The translations under genes were made by a program, and so were the position numbers. The notes under the pieces were generated by a model, which had not been told where the DNA came from, ran no database searches, and saw nothing but the letters and a program-made list of their open reading frames with translations. From Eledone cirrhosa (Eukaryota): a DNA stretch of 64,000 nucleotides. Shown in pieces: positions 13,663 to 26,354 of the stretch (its first letter is position 1; every line of letters starts with the position of its first letter). The stretch spans positions 136,214,001 to 136,278,000 of the forward strand of contig OZ024740.1 of the NCBI GenBank assembly GCA_964016885.1. Direction: 5' to 3'.

Positions 13663-14530
13663 CTGCAGAAAAACGTTTTAGAATTAATCATTTTTTAATT
13701 AGTACATTGTAAAACAGCCACTGTTGAGTCTATTAAAGAGGCATTGAAACATTATAAGAAAGGGAACTGCTAAATATTTCAAGTTCAATATCCTAGGTGC
13801 ATGACTTTATTCTAGCTAATATCAAATAAAAATCCACTAGATTAAAAATTCAAGATCTAATTACAATTTTATGAAGTGATACATTCAAGACCTTTACTAA
13901 GTCTATCCACTATCCAACAGTCAGTAACATTAGATTTGTTACTAAATGAATAGAAGAATTCCAAGGGAAATTTCAGACACAAAAATGAGGTATAAAATCG
14001 AAAGAACAGCATTTAATGTGTTAAATAGACGTCAATGAAAGACTCAAATATGATCAACTATCTTATCAAATACAATCGTTAGTTGTATACATGGGAGATA
14101 ACTGGATGTATTTTATGCTATGATTGAAACATTTCCAGCTCAAAGGGATTTTCTTTTATTCTGTTACTTGTTTAAGTCAGTAGAGTGCAGCCATGCTGGG
14201 GCAGAGCCTTGACTTAGTTGATCATATCGATCCCATTACTTACATTTCAAGTCTAGTCATAATTTTATTGATCACTTTTTTGTTGAATTGCTTAGTTATA
14301 GGACATAAATGCAGACACACATACATACAATAAAAGCTTCTGCAGGTTCTGTTCACCATTGATTAACTCAAGGTTATAGTAGAAGACACTTGCGCAAGGT
14401 GCCATACAGCATGGCTTAATCCAAAACCAACTCCCTAAGCACTCATTCATCATAAGAAGAAAAATACATTTTATACAACAAATGACTCAAGCAAATTAAC
14501 ATATGTTATTGTACATTATATGACACAAGA

Positions 14531-14720
14531 GTGGTGGATTGGCAGTATCGGTAGAGGGTTGGATACCATGCTTTGCAGCATGGAGTTACGGGCCTTTACG
14601 ATCTGAGTTCAAATCCCGCCGAGGTTAACTTTGCCTTTCATCCTTACGGGGTCGATAAAATAAAGTACCAGTAATGCACTGGGATAATTGCTGGCCTTGT
14701 GCCAAAAGTAGAAACAATTA
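14531..14720 (+). mobile_element. SINE family A copy with TSD
   Basis: Flanked by the 15-bp direct repeat attatatgacacaag (14515-14529 and 14717-14731). Confidence 0.9.
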
Positions 14721-15258
14721 TATGACACAAGTGGATTTCAAATCACCTAGCTCTGTTTTCACTTATGAAAGAGTGTAATAATATTATTTGAACATCATCT
14801 ATACTCACATAATTCGTAAGCTCTCTAGCAATCAAGATTTTAATATCTATGGGTGAAAATAAACCCATGCACAGTAATATGTCTATAAATAAATATATAA
14901 AAATATAGTACGTTATAAGAATTTAAACAAAAGGTATAATTCACAAAATAATATTGTTAGTTGAATCATTAGAGGCTATTTAATTATATTGTATGTATTC
15001 AGTTCTGGAGAGGAGATGGACTCCACCAGGCTTAAAAATGCCCAAGAAATGCTGTATGTCACTATGGCACCCCTAGGACTCCCTCGGGAGTTACGGGGCC
15101 ATATATACCTATGCTAAAAAAAAATAGATATTTATTATGTTTTCTATGCTCTCTGTTTTCCATCAAATAATATGTAAAATATTAAGAAATATTAACCATG
15201 TTTATAAAGAAACATTGATGTGATTGTTAGAAAGAAAATAATAAATACATTAACTTAC

Positions 15259-15369
15259 TTTATATCTTGAAGTTGTTTCTGACACTGTTCTACAATTTGA
15301 ACCAACAGAGTATTATATTTTTTCCAGGCATTGCATCCATGTTCTGCCATGAGTTCTAGATTCAAAATT
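15259..15369 (-). CDS. BCAS2: BCAS2 exon 5
   Basis: [36 protein letters not shown](K). Acceptor ttttag, donor gtaagt; 111 nt. Confidence 0.96.
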
Positions 15370-17870
15370 CTAAAATAAAATATACAAAGATTAAGGCCTG
15401 TAAGTGTTTAAGTTTGTAATTTTTGGAGAAAGCAAGCATTAACTTTCAAATTTACAGACCTTCTTTTAATTTACTCAAATGCTAAAATTGGAATGTATGA
15501 GCAAGATGTGGTTCTGCGACCAGACTAGGAAGACAGTAACTTCAAATAAGAACTAACTCAAACAACGACGACTCATCCAACCCAATGTCTGTATGGAAAG
15601 TAAATGTAACAGTTCAATTACAAATCAAATCTATACTCTTAACTAATCATAATAATATCTGAATTTCTAAAAATTACAGTCTTATCATCATTCTTATCAT
15701 TTTATATCCCCATTTCATGCTGGCATGGGTTTGATGGGTCATTGTGATTCAAATCAGTTCTTATTTAGAGTTACTCGCTTCCTAGATAATAATAATAATA
15801 ATGAAATTATTGTGTAAAGTGCTCAGGTGCACTACAACTCGTCAAAGGTGCATGTATAGTACATAGAATAATATACAAATGTCAGGGAAGTGAATAGTGT
15901 ATGAGTCATGGTATACATGTGTGTATGTGTATGGAGAGGGAACATTAGGTGTAGTGTTGGCGGATCTCGGGAAGCATGGAGGTTTTAAAGGATGCAGTGT
16001 CTCGACAGCTAACAACCGATGCAGGTAGTTTGTTCCATGCTTCAGCAACTCTGAGCGTGAAAAAATGTTTCCGAAAGTCATGGGAACTGTGCTGTTTTCT
16101 GACTTTGTGGGCATGTCCACGTGTGTTAGACACATGGAAATCAAAAAGGTACTCAGGGTTGTTGTTGGCAAGATGGTTAACAATTTTGTGGGTGTTTACC
16201 AAGTCAGTTGCTAGGCATCAGAGCTTCAATGTATCCATGCCCAGGGAAGCAAGGCGTTCAGAGTATGGTAGATGCCTGATGGAGGGTATTCACTTGGTTA
16301 CACGTCTCTGAACAGTTTCCAGGCGGTCAATGTTCTGAGCAAGATAGGGGTTCCAGACTGGTGATGCAAATTCTAAGTGTGGCCACACCAAAGCCATGTA
16401 CAGCCTTAAATAGATAGCTGGAGAGCGGCTGACAAAGGTTTTGCTGAGTGATGCTAAGACACCCTCAGCCCTCTTGACAATTTTAGAGACGTGCTTCGTC
16501 CAACGCAAATCGCTGCTTACCGTAATACCCAGGTCATATTCACAAGAAGACTTCTTGATATTAGTACTGTGGAGGGAGTATGTGGAGGCTGGGTTTTTAC
16601 TCACAAAATGCATGGTGGTGCACTTGTCCACAGCCAGCTTGAGTTGCCAGTCTGAGATCCATTGTCCGGTGTCACAGGTGGTGGAGACGGTACACTCTGG
16701 TCTTCAATAGTGAAAATGCCTGCATAGCATTCAACAATGAGCTCTGCGCATTCCTTGGGGTTGTCAGTAACCTGGCTTGTGTGGGGATTGTGAAGAGGAC
16801 CAACTGAAGAGTGAGGCCTCTGCTTTGAGTGAACATACTTCCAGAACACCTTACTGTCAGGGCTGGTTGCTATGCGCTGCTCAAATTGAAGCACTGCCTT
16901 CTTTGAGGTGGTTGGACGATTTATTTCGCCTCTTCCTATTGATGTCTGATTTAGCAGTTTGTACTCACGTTCAGCATTGCGACGTTCTTTTCTGGCAAGA
17001 CGGACTGCTGCAGTCTCCCAAATTGCACTTTTGGGATGTTTTTTCCGCTTACGTGGCACTGATGCTGCACATGCTGTCCATATTGAGCTCAGGATGTTCT
17101 GGAGTACAGTGTTGACATCTCCAGAGTCGTAGAACTCAAGCCAGTTTGGACGTTGCAGTAACAGTTCCAGTCTGCTTTATTCCAGTCAAAGTGAGCAGTT
17201 TGGAGATGGTTGTGGTTCTTGTTACTGCCCATGAGGGATAGATTGGCAATGATCATAGCATGATCAGAGTCACCTAATGACCGTTTCAGGAGTAGTGGTG
17301 AAGAGTAGGTCCAAAATGTTGTCACCTCTTGTTGGGGAGGTGACTACTTGGGACCAATTCGAGTCCAGCACTAGCTCAAGGAAGTCATTTGCACTTGGCG
17401 GCCAACGAAAGGTTTCCCAGTCAATCTCAGGGTGATTGAAGTCTCCTGCAATAAAAACATAAGTGGCTGTTTTCCTGGCAGCAGCTCTGAGGATATCACA
17501 AAATTGAGTGTCCTGATGGTAATTTGGGAGACAGTAAACGACTCCGAATAGCAGTGTTGACATGGTCATACGTATATCGCAGAAAAAAACTTCCCGCTGT
17601 GATTGGTTAAAATCAACACAAGGAATTGCCGACAAATTTGACCGAACTTAGACCATTACACCACCACGACGGTTAATGTGGTCTTTACGAAAAAGGTTGT
17701 AGCCAGTTATGCTGAAAACCCCATCACAGAGTAAGGGATGTGCCCAAGTTTCCGTGACTATAATGAAGTCAGGATTGATACTTTTGACGTAGGAGTCAAA
17801 AAGATGAATCTTATTGCATAGACTACGTGCATTCAAGGACAACAATTTGTACCTTGATTCCAGTATACGA

Positions 17871-19268
17871 TTATGTGCAGGGGATGGCAGGTTTTTCTGA
17901 TTTAGTTTCCCAGAGTTTTTTCAGTTTTTTTATTGTCAGTTGTTGTGGGTACAGTGTTTTCAGAGCAGCTGGTATCTCTTTTCCATGTTTCACCAGCCTT
18001 AACAAACTTCCATATCTGCCCATCATCACGTAGGCTGAAGCTCTCATGTTTGCCGAGCTGCGGTTTAAGGAAGTTGCAACATGCAACTTTGGGCGGACAT
18101 CAGGTGGAAGACCAGGGTGTGTTCGGAAAGCAATCCGACTTTCACGCCTAGCTTTATCAGAGGCTACAAGGTATGAACGTGCCTCAGTTGAGTTCGAAAA
18201 AGATAGTCCAATTAGCCTGGGTTTCGGGCCTGGTCGGCCAAGGCGTAGAACACCCTTCACGTGAGCACAGCCCAAGTCTTTGGATGAACTGGCAGCAAAT
18301 GCCTGAAGATCAACTATGTCTTCTGGTACACCAATGGCAATCACTTTGTGGTTTCCAGATTCAGTGGCATTCTCAATGCATCTAGGTTCAACATGAGGTA
18401 CGCGGAGATTTTTTAACAAGGCACTCCGGTAAGATCCCTCATTGTGAGGTTCTACACAAACACTTGATTTTATTCCCGCTATTTCTCGGCTTAAAGCGGA
18501 AATCATTTGCCGTATTACCTCAAACTCTGTATTGACAGTCGATTTTTGTTGTTCTTCTTCTTCTTCAGCAGGCATGGTAGGGGAAGACACAGTCGTTGGT
18601 TGTTGTTGATGAAAAGTAACGGGCGAGGAAGACATGGGTTGCTGTTGTTGATGAAGTCCTTCAACGGGGGTAGTTGCAGAAGCTACGGTCGTTGGTTTTT
18701 GCTGTTGTTCAGGAACAATGGTAGAGGAAGACACGATCTTCAGTTTTTGTTGTTGTTGTTCAGGAACAATGGTAGAGGAAGACATGATCTTCAGTTTTTG
18801 TTGTTGTTGTTCAGGAACAATGGTAGAGGAAGACACGATCTTCAGTTTTTGTTGTTGTTGTTCAGGAACAATGGTAGAGGAAGACATGATCTTCAGTTTT
18901 TGCTGTTGTTGTTCAGCAGCAATGGTAGAGGCAGACATACAGTCCAGGCACTGAAAGGACCAATTTGTTAGCTGGACCATCTCTCAGAGTCCATCCATCA
19001 TAGCAATATGATGTTTCTTGTTTTGGCCTGGGATCTTCCGGAAGCCTGTGGCGCATTGAAGGCAGACAGAGATGTGACAGGTTCCACATTCGACCCAACG
19101 ATTACGGAACGAGTTTTCAGGTTCCGTACAGATATGGCAGGTGTGATTTTCTGGGCAATGTTCTATTTTGGAACATCGACCAGTTTTGTCGCATACTTCA
19201 TCCATGGATATCACCATGGCAATTTTGTTATTTCTGCCCATCCGTAGAAAAACACAGAATGTAAACAA
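17871..19268 (-). pseudogene. CR1 ORF1 (PHD-like finger, Gln-rich repeats, coiled coil), split by an in-frame TGA
   Basis: ORFs 18984-19268 and 17871-18980 are in the same frame, separated by one TGA (GL*EM). Motif CHIC...WVECGTC...CLQC...FQCLDC. Confidence 0.75.
18695..18935 (-). repeat. 51-bp coding minisatellite, about 4.5 copies
   Basis: Unit encodes EQQQQKLKI(M/V)SSSTIVP; M and V alternate between units. Confidence 0.9.
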
Positions 19269-19491
19269 TATAGGTTTAGTACACTTGATTTCGATAGAAA
19301 TAAAATGTTTGTTTTTTGTTTAGTTTTTTGTGTATTTTTGTTTCCGTTTTCCTAAATATTGTGTGTGTACAAAAGAGTCTGCGCATGTAAACAAATAAAT
19401 ATGCTGCGTAAGTTAACAAGATAAATGTTTGTTTATGTTTTGTTTTTGTATTTCTGTTTCTGTTTTCCTATGTATTATGTGTGTGTGTATG

Positions 19492-19715
19492 TTGTTAGCA
19501 GTATTAGTTGTAGATGTTATCGGGATGCAAGTGACATAATAACAGCAGAAATTAGAGATGAAATATACGTTAATTTTTTGTTGTAGCACAAACAATGGTG
19601 TTGTACAGAGGCTGGTATCTGGCGTGTGATCCGTCGGCTTTCCAGTGGCTGTCTGTCTTTTCTGGCGTTCTCAACCGGCGTTGTTCTATCAAGGAGCGTG
19701 AGGCGTGTTACTACA
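19492..19715 (-). mobile_element. Short LTR-like insertion related to the Gypsy LTR at 57233
   Basis: Reverse complement begins TGTAGTAAcACGCCT and shares ggttgagaac, cagacagccac and cagcctctgtac blocks with the LTR. Confidence 0.65.
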
Positions 19716-20859
19716 TGTTTGTTTATGTTTTGTTTTTGTATTTCTGTTTCTGTTTTCCTATGTATTATGTGTGTGTGTATGCAACAAGATCTACACACGA
19801 ATATATAATTAAAAGGTGTATGTGGGTTAGAAGCGAAGTCAATGTTCAGAAAGATTTTACAAATGTACGCAAGATTGGCCGGTATAGTGTCTGTCTCACA
19901 AGAAATAGTGTGGTTTCTTTTCACTTGTGTGTATATGCGTGTGGTATGTATCTGTATATTGTTGTTTATAGGTTTTGTGGAGTACTTACTGCGATGCCTA
20001 AGGGATGTAGTGATTTTTTTTTTGGGGGGGGGGGGGTCAGGATATCACATTTTACTTGTATATTCAATATTTGGCATGGTTTCTAGAGTTGGTTGCCCTT
20101 TCTAACACTAAACACTTTACAGAGTGTATTATGTGTACATTTGTCATGGACAAATATAATTTATAAACATACTGAAGCTTTTACTGAATATTTGTGACAA
20201 TAAAATCTGTTAACATTTTCATGTAAATTATATTATTGAGAAGTTAAAATGGATGAGTTGTTTAATCTTTATATACTAGAGGGTGAAAGTTATATGGAGA
20301 TAGTAGTACCAATGTCCATCCAAATAAAGATTACCAAAAATTAAAATAAATTGGTTGGACTTCTATCTTAACATCCATAATCCAACTTGGACTCCAACCA
20401 CTACTTCCTACCAACACACAAACCACACATACAATTCTTGTTCCTCACCCACCTATTCCTGAAAGGGTCATGGGGCAGAAATATCATCTTCAGGCCAGTT
20501 TTCTGCTGGTGTATGTATGCTTGTGTACATGTACATGTGTTTCATAATGTATCCATGTATACAAATGAATGAAAAGAGAAAATTACATTTTTTACATGAA
20601 AATGATACAAACTTGCACTGACATTCCATTTTGTGGCTTACCTTATAATGATGTTTATTCTCTACAAAATGGTGACTCGCAACTTAACTAAGCAAAGATG
20701 GGATATGAACAACTGAAGCATGATCAAAACAGTCCAATACAGAACTTTCAATGAGATTCAAACTCATACTGATTTCCAAATAAACAGTTTTTTATCAACT
20801 CTAGCTACTCCATTGCCTCTATTCTAGGAACATACAGTATAGTAAATTATTTATAAATA

Positions 20860-21155
20860 AAAGAAACTGGGTATAAGAGGGATAAGTTGTGGTGTGCAGG
20901 AGAGAAGGCTGAGATGTGATGCGCATGTAGGATGACCGATGGGTGAAGAAGTGCCAGGAAGTCCCAGCGGAGGGAAGACGCAGTAGAGGCAGACCACGAA
21001 AAACATGGGCGGAGGTGGTGAGAGCAGACCTCAGATCGCTGAAACTCACCGAGGAGATGACGAAGGACCGTGACAAGTGGAGAGATGCTGTGCTGAATAG
21101 GACCAGTCCAACCCTTGTAAGCAGGGAAAAGCGGACGTAAAATGATGATGATGAT
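20860..21155 (+). mobile_element. RTE LINE 3' end
   Basis: Encodes GRPRKTWAEVV...DRDKWR; (GAT)n tail. Confidence 0.8.
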
Positions 21156-22048
21156 GAAAAGACAATATTTCTTTCATGATGGGAGAAGGATAAAAATTTG
21201 CAACAACATATTTGATTTTACTTTAATACTTAAGTACAATACTTATATTTTACCCAAGCCAAAAAACCATGCAAACATACACAGAATACAAATTTATTAT
21301 TATAGATTATTTATGTCTCTTTATTCTTTATTTTCCTGGAAGGACTCTTTTAATAAGCCCTCACGAAGACTACACTAAAGAAAACAAACTATTTTTTTTC
21401 CAATTATTATTTAAAATTCAGTAAAAAACATCTAAATCTAAATAAACATAGAAAATAATATGTTGTTGTTGTTGGACCTCCATCGGTTCTGATGATGAGT
21501 GTCCTACTTGTTAGAACAAAAGAACAGCCTGCTCAAGAAAGTAATGTGCAAGTAGCTGAGCACCCTTAACTAAGCTCTCAAGATTATTCAGTGTGACACT
21601 GTACATGATAAGGGTGGCCCTTTGAAATGCAAACACTACTAATTTTTTTCTAGCTACATGGAACTGAAGCAACAAAAAATAAAGTGTTTACCTCAAGAAC
21701 ACAAGATGCTGCTGAGAATCAAACTCACAGCTTTGTAATTGTGATCCTAACATCTAAATCATTAACCCACACGCCTTCACAAAAATAATACATATTCTTG
21801 AAAAGACCAACAATAATCTTACAAAGTTAAAGGATCATGCTATTCATTAACACCCTTGCTATTGACTCTTAATGGTTTGCCTTCAAATTATATGTGTGGC
21901 CTGCCAAATATTATCAACAAGGTTAGTATTATCTACTTTATCTTCAACTGCCAACATATAAAGATTTTCTTTTTATGAAACCCTCCTTAGACTAACAATA
22001 AGTTCAAATTTGAGAAATATTTAAGAAACATAATAAAAGCAAACTGAC

Positions 22049-22150
22049 CGTAAAGCCTGATGTTCCAACTGTGCTTGAGAATTTTCCACACATTCATTCC
22101 ATGCTGATATATCTGTCATTTTACCTGCTGGTGGTTGTGGTAATTCATAT
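22049..22150 (-). CDS. BCAS2: BCAS2 exon 4
   Basis: [33 protein letters not shown](R). Acceptor gtatag, donor gtcagt; 102 nt, phases consistent. Confidence 0.96.
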
Positions 22151-22574
22151 CTATACAAACAGAGAAAACTAAATAAGATTTCTGTGGAATTCATTTTTTA
22201 AAAGATGAAGTAAATTTATCATACATCTTCAGAATATAATTCTTTAGTTCAAATAAGAAGGATCTTGAAACTCTGAAAGCATCATATAAACATATATATG
22301 TGAGCAGAATTAAGTTGTTATGCACCAGATCAACCCTGTTTCAGCAAACGTCTGATTAAAAGCATTCCAGCCAAGAGTCTATCATCATTTTTCTAAATAC
22401 GGTATTTTATCCAATAAACCCTTTTTTATGGTAGGGTGTAATTTGGCTGCTTTTTCAATGACTCAAGAAAAAAGTAAAAATATCACCCAACCAAAAAGTA
22501 ATGATTTCCATCTGGACACAAACAACTACAATGCACACATATTTCTTTTCTAATCTACCAGAGTTAGTACAATA

Positions 22575-23040
22575 GAGTGCATCCAGTACACTCTGTAAGT
22601 GGTGGTGCCACATTAAAATGCACTGAGTCCATTATGTAAATGGTAGTGGTGCATATCAGGTTAAAATGCACTCAGTACCTTCTGTAAGTGGTAGTACCAA
22701 TGCCATGTTAAAATGTACCCAGTTCATTTTGTAAAGTGGTAGTGCTGGTGCCACAGTAAAACTCACCCAGACTATTCTGTTAGTGGTGCGTGAATGCCAT
22801 GTTAAAATACATCGAGTGCACTTTGTAAAGGGGTAGTGCTGGTGCCACAATAAAATACACTCAGTATATGCTGTAGGGTGTTTGGCATTAGGAGGGGTGG
22901 GTATCCAATTGTAGAAACAATGCCAAAATGGAACATATGAGCAAGATGTGACCATTTGTCCGGTCTAGTTTCAGAACATGGCAACCAGTCCAACCCATGC
23001 CAGCATGGAAAACAAATGTCAAATGATGAAGATGGTGATC
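22575..23040 (+). repeat. RTE-related non-autonomous element with degenerate ~45-bp tandem units
   Basis: About 6 units of gtaa(a)gtggtagtgctggtgccac..taaaatgcactcagt, then ggcattaggagggg and the RTE tail ccaacccatgccagcatggaaa. Confidence 0.65.
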
Positions 23041-23815
23041 ATAATTGTTTTACTTTTACTTAGAATTTTCTCCTCTCAAACAATAAGTTGCTAACAACAT
23101 GTGCAGTCATGGCTGTGTGGTTAAGAAGTTAATTTTGAAACTATGCTCTTGAATAGGAAGACAAGGCTCTATATGTACAGTATATATTATACTTAACTTG
23201 TATGGATACAGCAGATTTCATGCTTGTTTCCAGATAAATGAATCATCAATCAACTATAATGATTTATATAATCACAGCTTTACAACCTCAAAATACATAC
23301 TGCTATGTGTAGACAAATACTTCCCATACTGATAACATTGAATTAACAATTGAAACACAGCACTGTGTCTGGGGAAAATTTATATTTCCTTCCTTCCTTG
23401 GGCCCTCAACTCCTGATGGAATCAAGGGGCACCACAATGATATATAGCATATCTTAGACATTTCATACCTGGTAGAGTCCATCTCTCCCTGGCTCTGAAC
23501 AATTGATTACTTCCAGAGAGAAGACAGAAAAAGAAAATGAGGGAGAAAGAATTGACTCAAGTATTAGTCTGGTACTTTACTTATCGACCCCAAAAGGATT
23601 AAATGCAATGTTGACCTCAGCAGAATTTATAACTCAGAACACTGAGAGCTGGGATAACTATCTCAAGGCTTTCATCATCATCATTACATTCATTTTTCCA
23701 TCTGCCAACTTTCCATCAAATGTGTATTTATTTTAATACCAATATTCATCAGAAGTAGTGTAATGACTAAAACTAATCAAAGAATCAAAAAGAAGTAAAA
23801 AAAATTCCAGAATAC

Positions 23816-23886
23816 CTTTTCATACTTAACATCTCCATTGGCAATCGAGATTGAAGACGCTCTATTTCAGTCTTCATTATTTCTGT
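23816..23886 (-). CDS. BCAS2: BCAS2 exon 3
   Basis: TEIMKTEIERLQSRLPMEMLSMK(R). Acceptor tctcag, donor gtattc; 71 nt, ends phase 2. Confidence 0.96.
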
Positions 23887-24660
23887 CTGAGATATAAAGG
23901 TAAGGAATTATGAAAATATTCATTCAATACTAAATCTACATACATTAGAATTGTTTACTGCCAAACAAACATGACAGCAACAGAATTACAAATATTGAGA
24001 AAAGTATAACATGTTCCTTTAAAGTAGCAGCAAAATGAACTCAATGCAGACTGCACATTTATTACACATTAAACAAACCCAGCTCAACTTAACCATATCA
24101 AATTTGCAGCTCAACTTTTACTTTATCATACTGCTTATATGCATGTCTCCACACTTCCTATATTTCCATTAAGTTGGGCTTTATACTAATAAACCATATT
24201 TACATTCAAGCCTTTTGATACAAATACTCTTTCCAGAATTCACTATATATATATTTTTTTTCATCATTCTCATTAATTAACATCTGTTTTCCTGGCTAGA
24301 AAGGGTAGAGCAAGTCATCACAGACCAAGCCAGTACTTGTTGTTATTGATCTCTCAGATAGATTGGAATGAGGGTGAGGATCTTGCTTATGTAGGTTCCC
24401 ACACTACAGAGTGTACTGGATTTATTTTATTGTAGTACCAGCATTATGGAGCCTGTTGTGTCTTAGACACAACTTGAGGAGTCTCTCACCCCTTTTTCTA
24501 CAGCTGGATGTCATTACTAACAATTTACAGTGTGCTGGGTGCATTTTATCATGGCACCAACACTTATATTTTTATTTATTGGCTGGTTCAGTAGATTCCT
24601 GCTTTACTGAGGAAGTTACCAAAATCAGCACTCAATGCTATGGCAGAGTATATATATATT

Positions 24661-24776
24661 AAGAACAAAATGAGGTTTCACAAAACGAGGTTTATTGATT
24701 ATGCAGTCAATAAAATCCTTTTTATTGATTATGCATAATCAATAAAAACATTAATGTGAAACCTCATTTTGTTCTT
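24661..24776. repeat. Fold-back palindrome in (TA)n
   Basis: 22-bp arms aagaacaaaatgaggtttcaca / tgtgaaacctcattttgttctt with an inner perfect palindrome at 24720-24747. Confidence 0.85.
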
Positions 24777-25036
24777 TATATATATATATATATATATATT
24801 TGAAAAGGGAGTAAGGTTCTATACAAAAAAGGAGTTATAGAGAAAAAGTGGAATTGGAAATAGCACGGAAAATATATTTAAGGATCTGTTTTTCTTTTTT
24901 CCTTCTTTGATTATTCAAAGTGACATTATTAAAAAAAATGCGAGGAACAATTCTTTTAAAAAAAGGGAGTTTTATAATGTATATAAAATATAACTGGTTT
25001 CGATGTATCAGTGTAAACCATCTTATCAAATGTTGA

Positions 25037-25826
25037 ATCATCATCATCATCATCATCATCGTTTAACGTCCCTGTTCCACGCTTGCATGGGTTTGGACAG
25101 GGGTTTTCCCACTTGAGGGAAGAGTGGTTGTCTTGCTCGCATAGGACTGTCTGGCGGGTTTTCTACAGCTGGATGCCCTTCCTAACACCAACCACATTTA
25201 CAGTGTGGGGCTGGAAGGTTTTTACCGTGTTGCCTACACGGCCACATTACAGCGTGGACTGTCTGGCGTGTTTTCTACAGCTGGATGCCCTTCCTAACAC
25301 CAACCACATTTACAGTGTGGGACTGGGAGGTTTTTACCGTGTTGCCTACACGGTCACATTACAGCGTGGACTGTGTGTTTTTTTGTCGTGACACCTACAC
25401 GATCTCGTTTGTTTCGGCCTGGATGTTGTGGCACCAACATAACTTTGCATTGAAGGGGGCGGTGTGGATGGGGTGGGACGGGGGTGAATTTTGTTAGAGA
25501 TGCCTACTGACTAGTAGGTTTTACTTTGTATTTAGGTAAGGCGGGTCTTCTCTGTTACTGAGTACCGCCAAAGGTCTCAGTCCAGTGACATTGTCTTGGA
25601 GAGGTGTAAGTGTGTGAGGTCGGAATTTATCAGCTCGTCCCAGGTTTTCCTGGGTCTGCCTACTCCGTGGCTACCATCTATCTTTATTGCCCTGCACTTT
25701 GTTATACAGCTGTCGTCTTTCATGTGCATCACGTGACCATACCAACGTAGCCTTCTCTCGAGTAAACAACATCTGATCCCTCTTATTTCTAATTTTTTTC
25801 CTTAGTTCGTTTATGCTTTGCCGTTG
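25037..25826 (-). mobile_element. Second, shorter copy of the RTE composite at 1358-2386, in BCAS2 intron 2
   Basis: Near-identical reverse complement of about 1710-2386, with an added 112-bp internal tandem duplication. Confidence 0.9.
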
Positions 25827-26261
25827 AATATTACAATTAAAAAGAATTTAAAAGAATTAAAAATCAAAAATTTAAAATTAAATGTTGAAGAGATCTGTTG
25901 ATCTTTTTTGATGCGAAGACTGGGTCTAAAATGGAACCTTATATAAAGAAAGAGGGGTAGTAATAGTAGAAGTAGCGGTGGTAGTTGTGTCTTTTCACAG
26001 AACAAAAATAATTTTGTTCTGTGGAGAGATGCCATGCTGAGAAGGATCTGTCCAACTCATGCAAGCGTAGAGCTACATAATTCTTGCTAAAAGCAAGCAA
26101 CATGTCATCGGGGTGGCCTTGAAGAAAGCGAGTTACTCTTGGTATATTGTGGACCATGTCTGAAATTCCATGCATGCATGTGTTGGACAGGAAAACCAAA
26201 AGCAATAAAAAGTGATAGTCACTATGAACAATAAATTAAAAAATAAATTAAAGAACCTTAC

Positions 26262-26354
26262 TTCAAAAGCTGAGTAATTTGGAGATGGCAGATTGTCAAG
26301 GTAGTTTTTTGTTGGTCGGTATCGCCTGGTTTCTTCTTCAACAAGAGCAAGTGC
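26262..26354 (-). CDS. BCAS2: BCAS2 exon 2
   Basis: [31 protein letters not shown], the signature BCAS2 stretch. Acceptor ttcaag, donor gtaagg; 93 nt. Confidence 0.97.

Larger units (their letters stand above)
15786..19900 (-). mobile_element. CR1-clade LINE, internally deleted, in BCAS2 intron 4 (sense to host)
   Basis: ORF1 with Cys-rich PHD-like finger. ORF2 APE motifs (LNARS, VTETW, GDFNHP, LDLL, SDH) and CR1 C-terminus (DLGI, PHLEFASPVWNP, TRGH, WNKLP). (ATT)n tail at about 15786-15802. 5' boundary approximate. Confidence 0.9.

Noticed and set aside
22575-22900. Regularly spaced ~45-bp units resembling a CRISPR array
   Set aside because: The whole unit is degenerate with no unique spacers, there are no cas genes, the context is eukaryotic, and it ends in an RTE tail.
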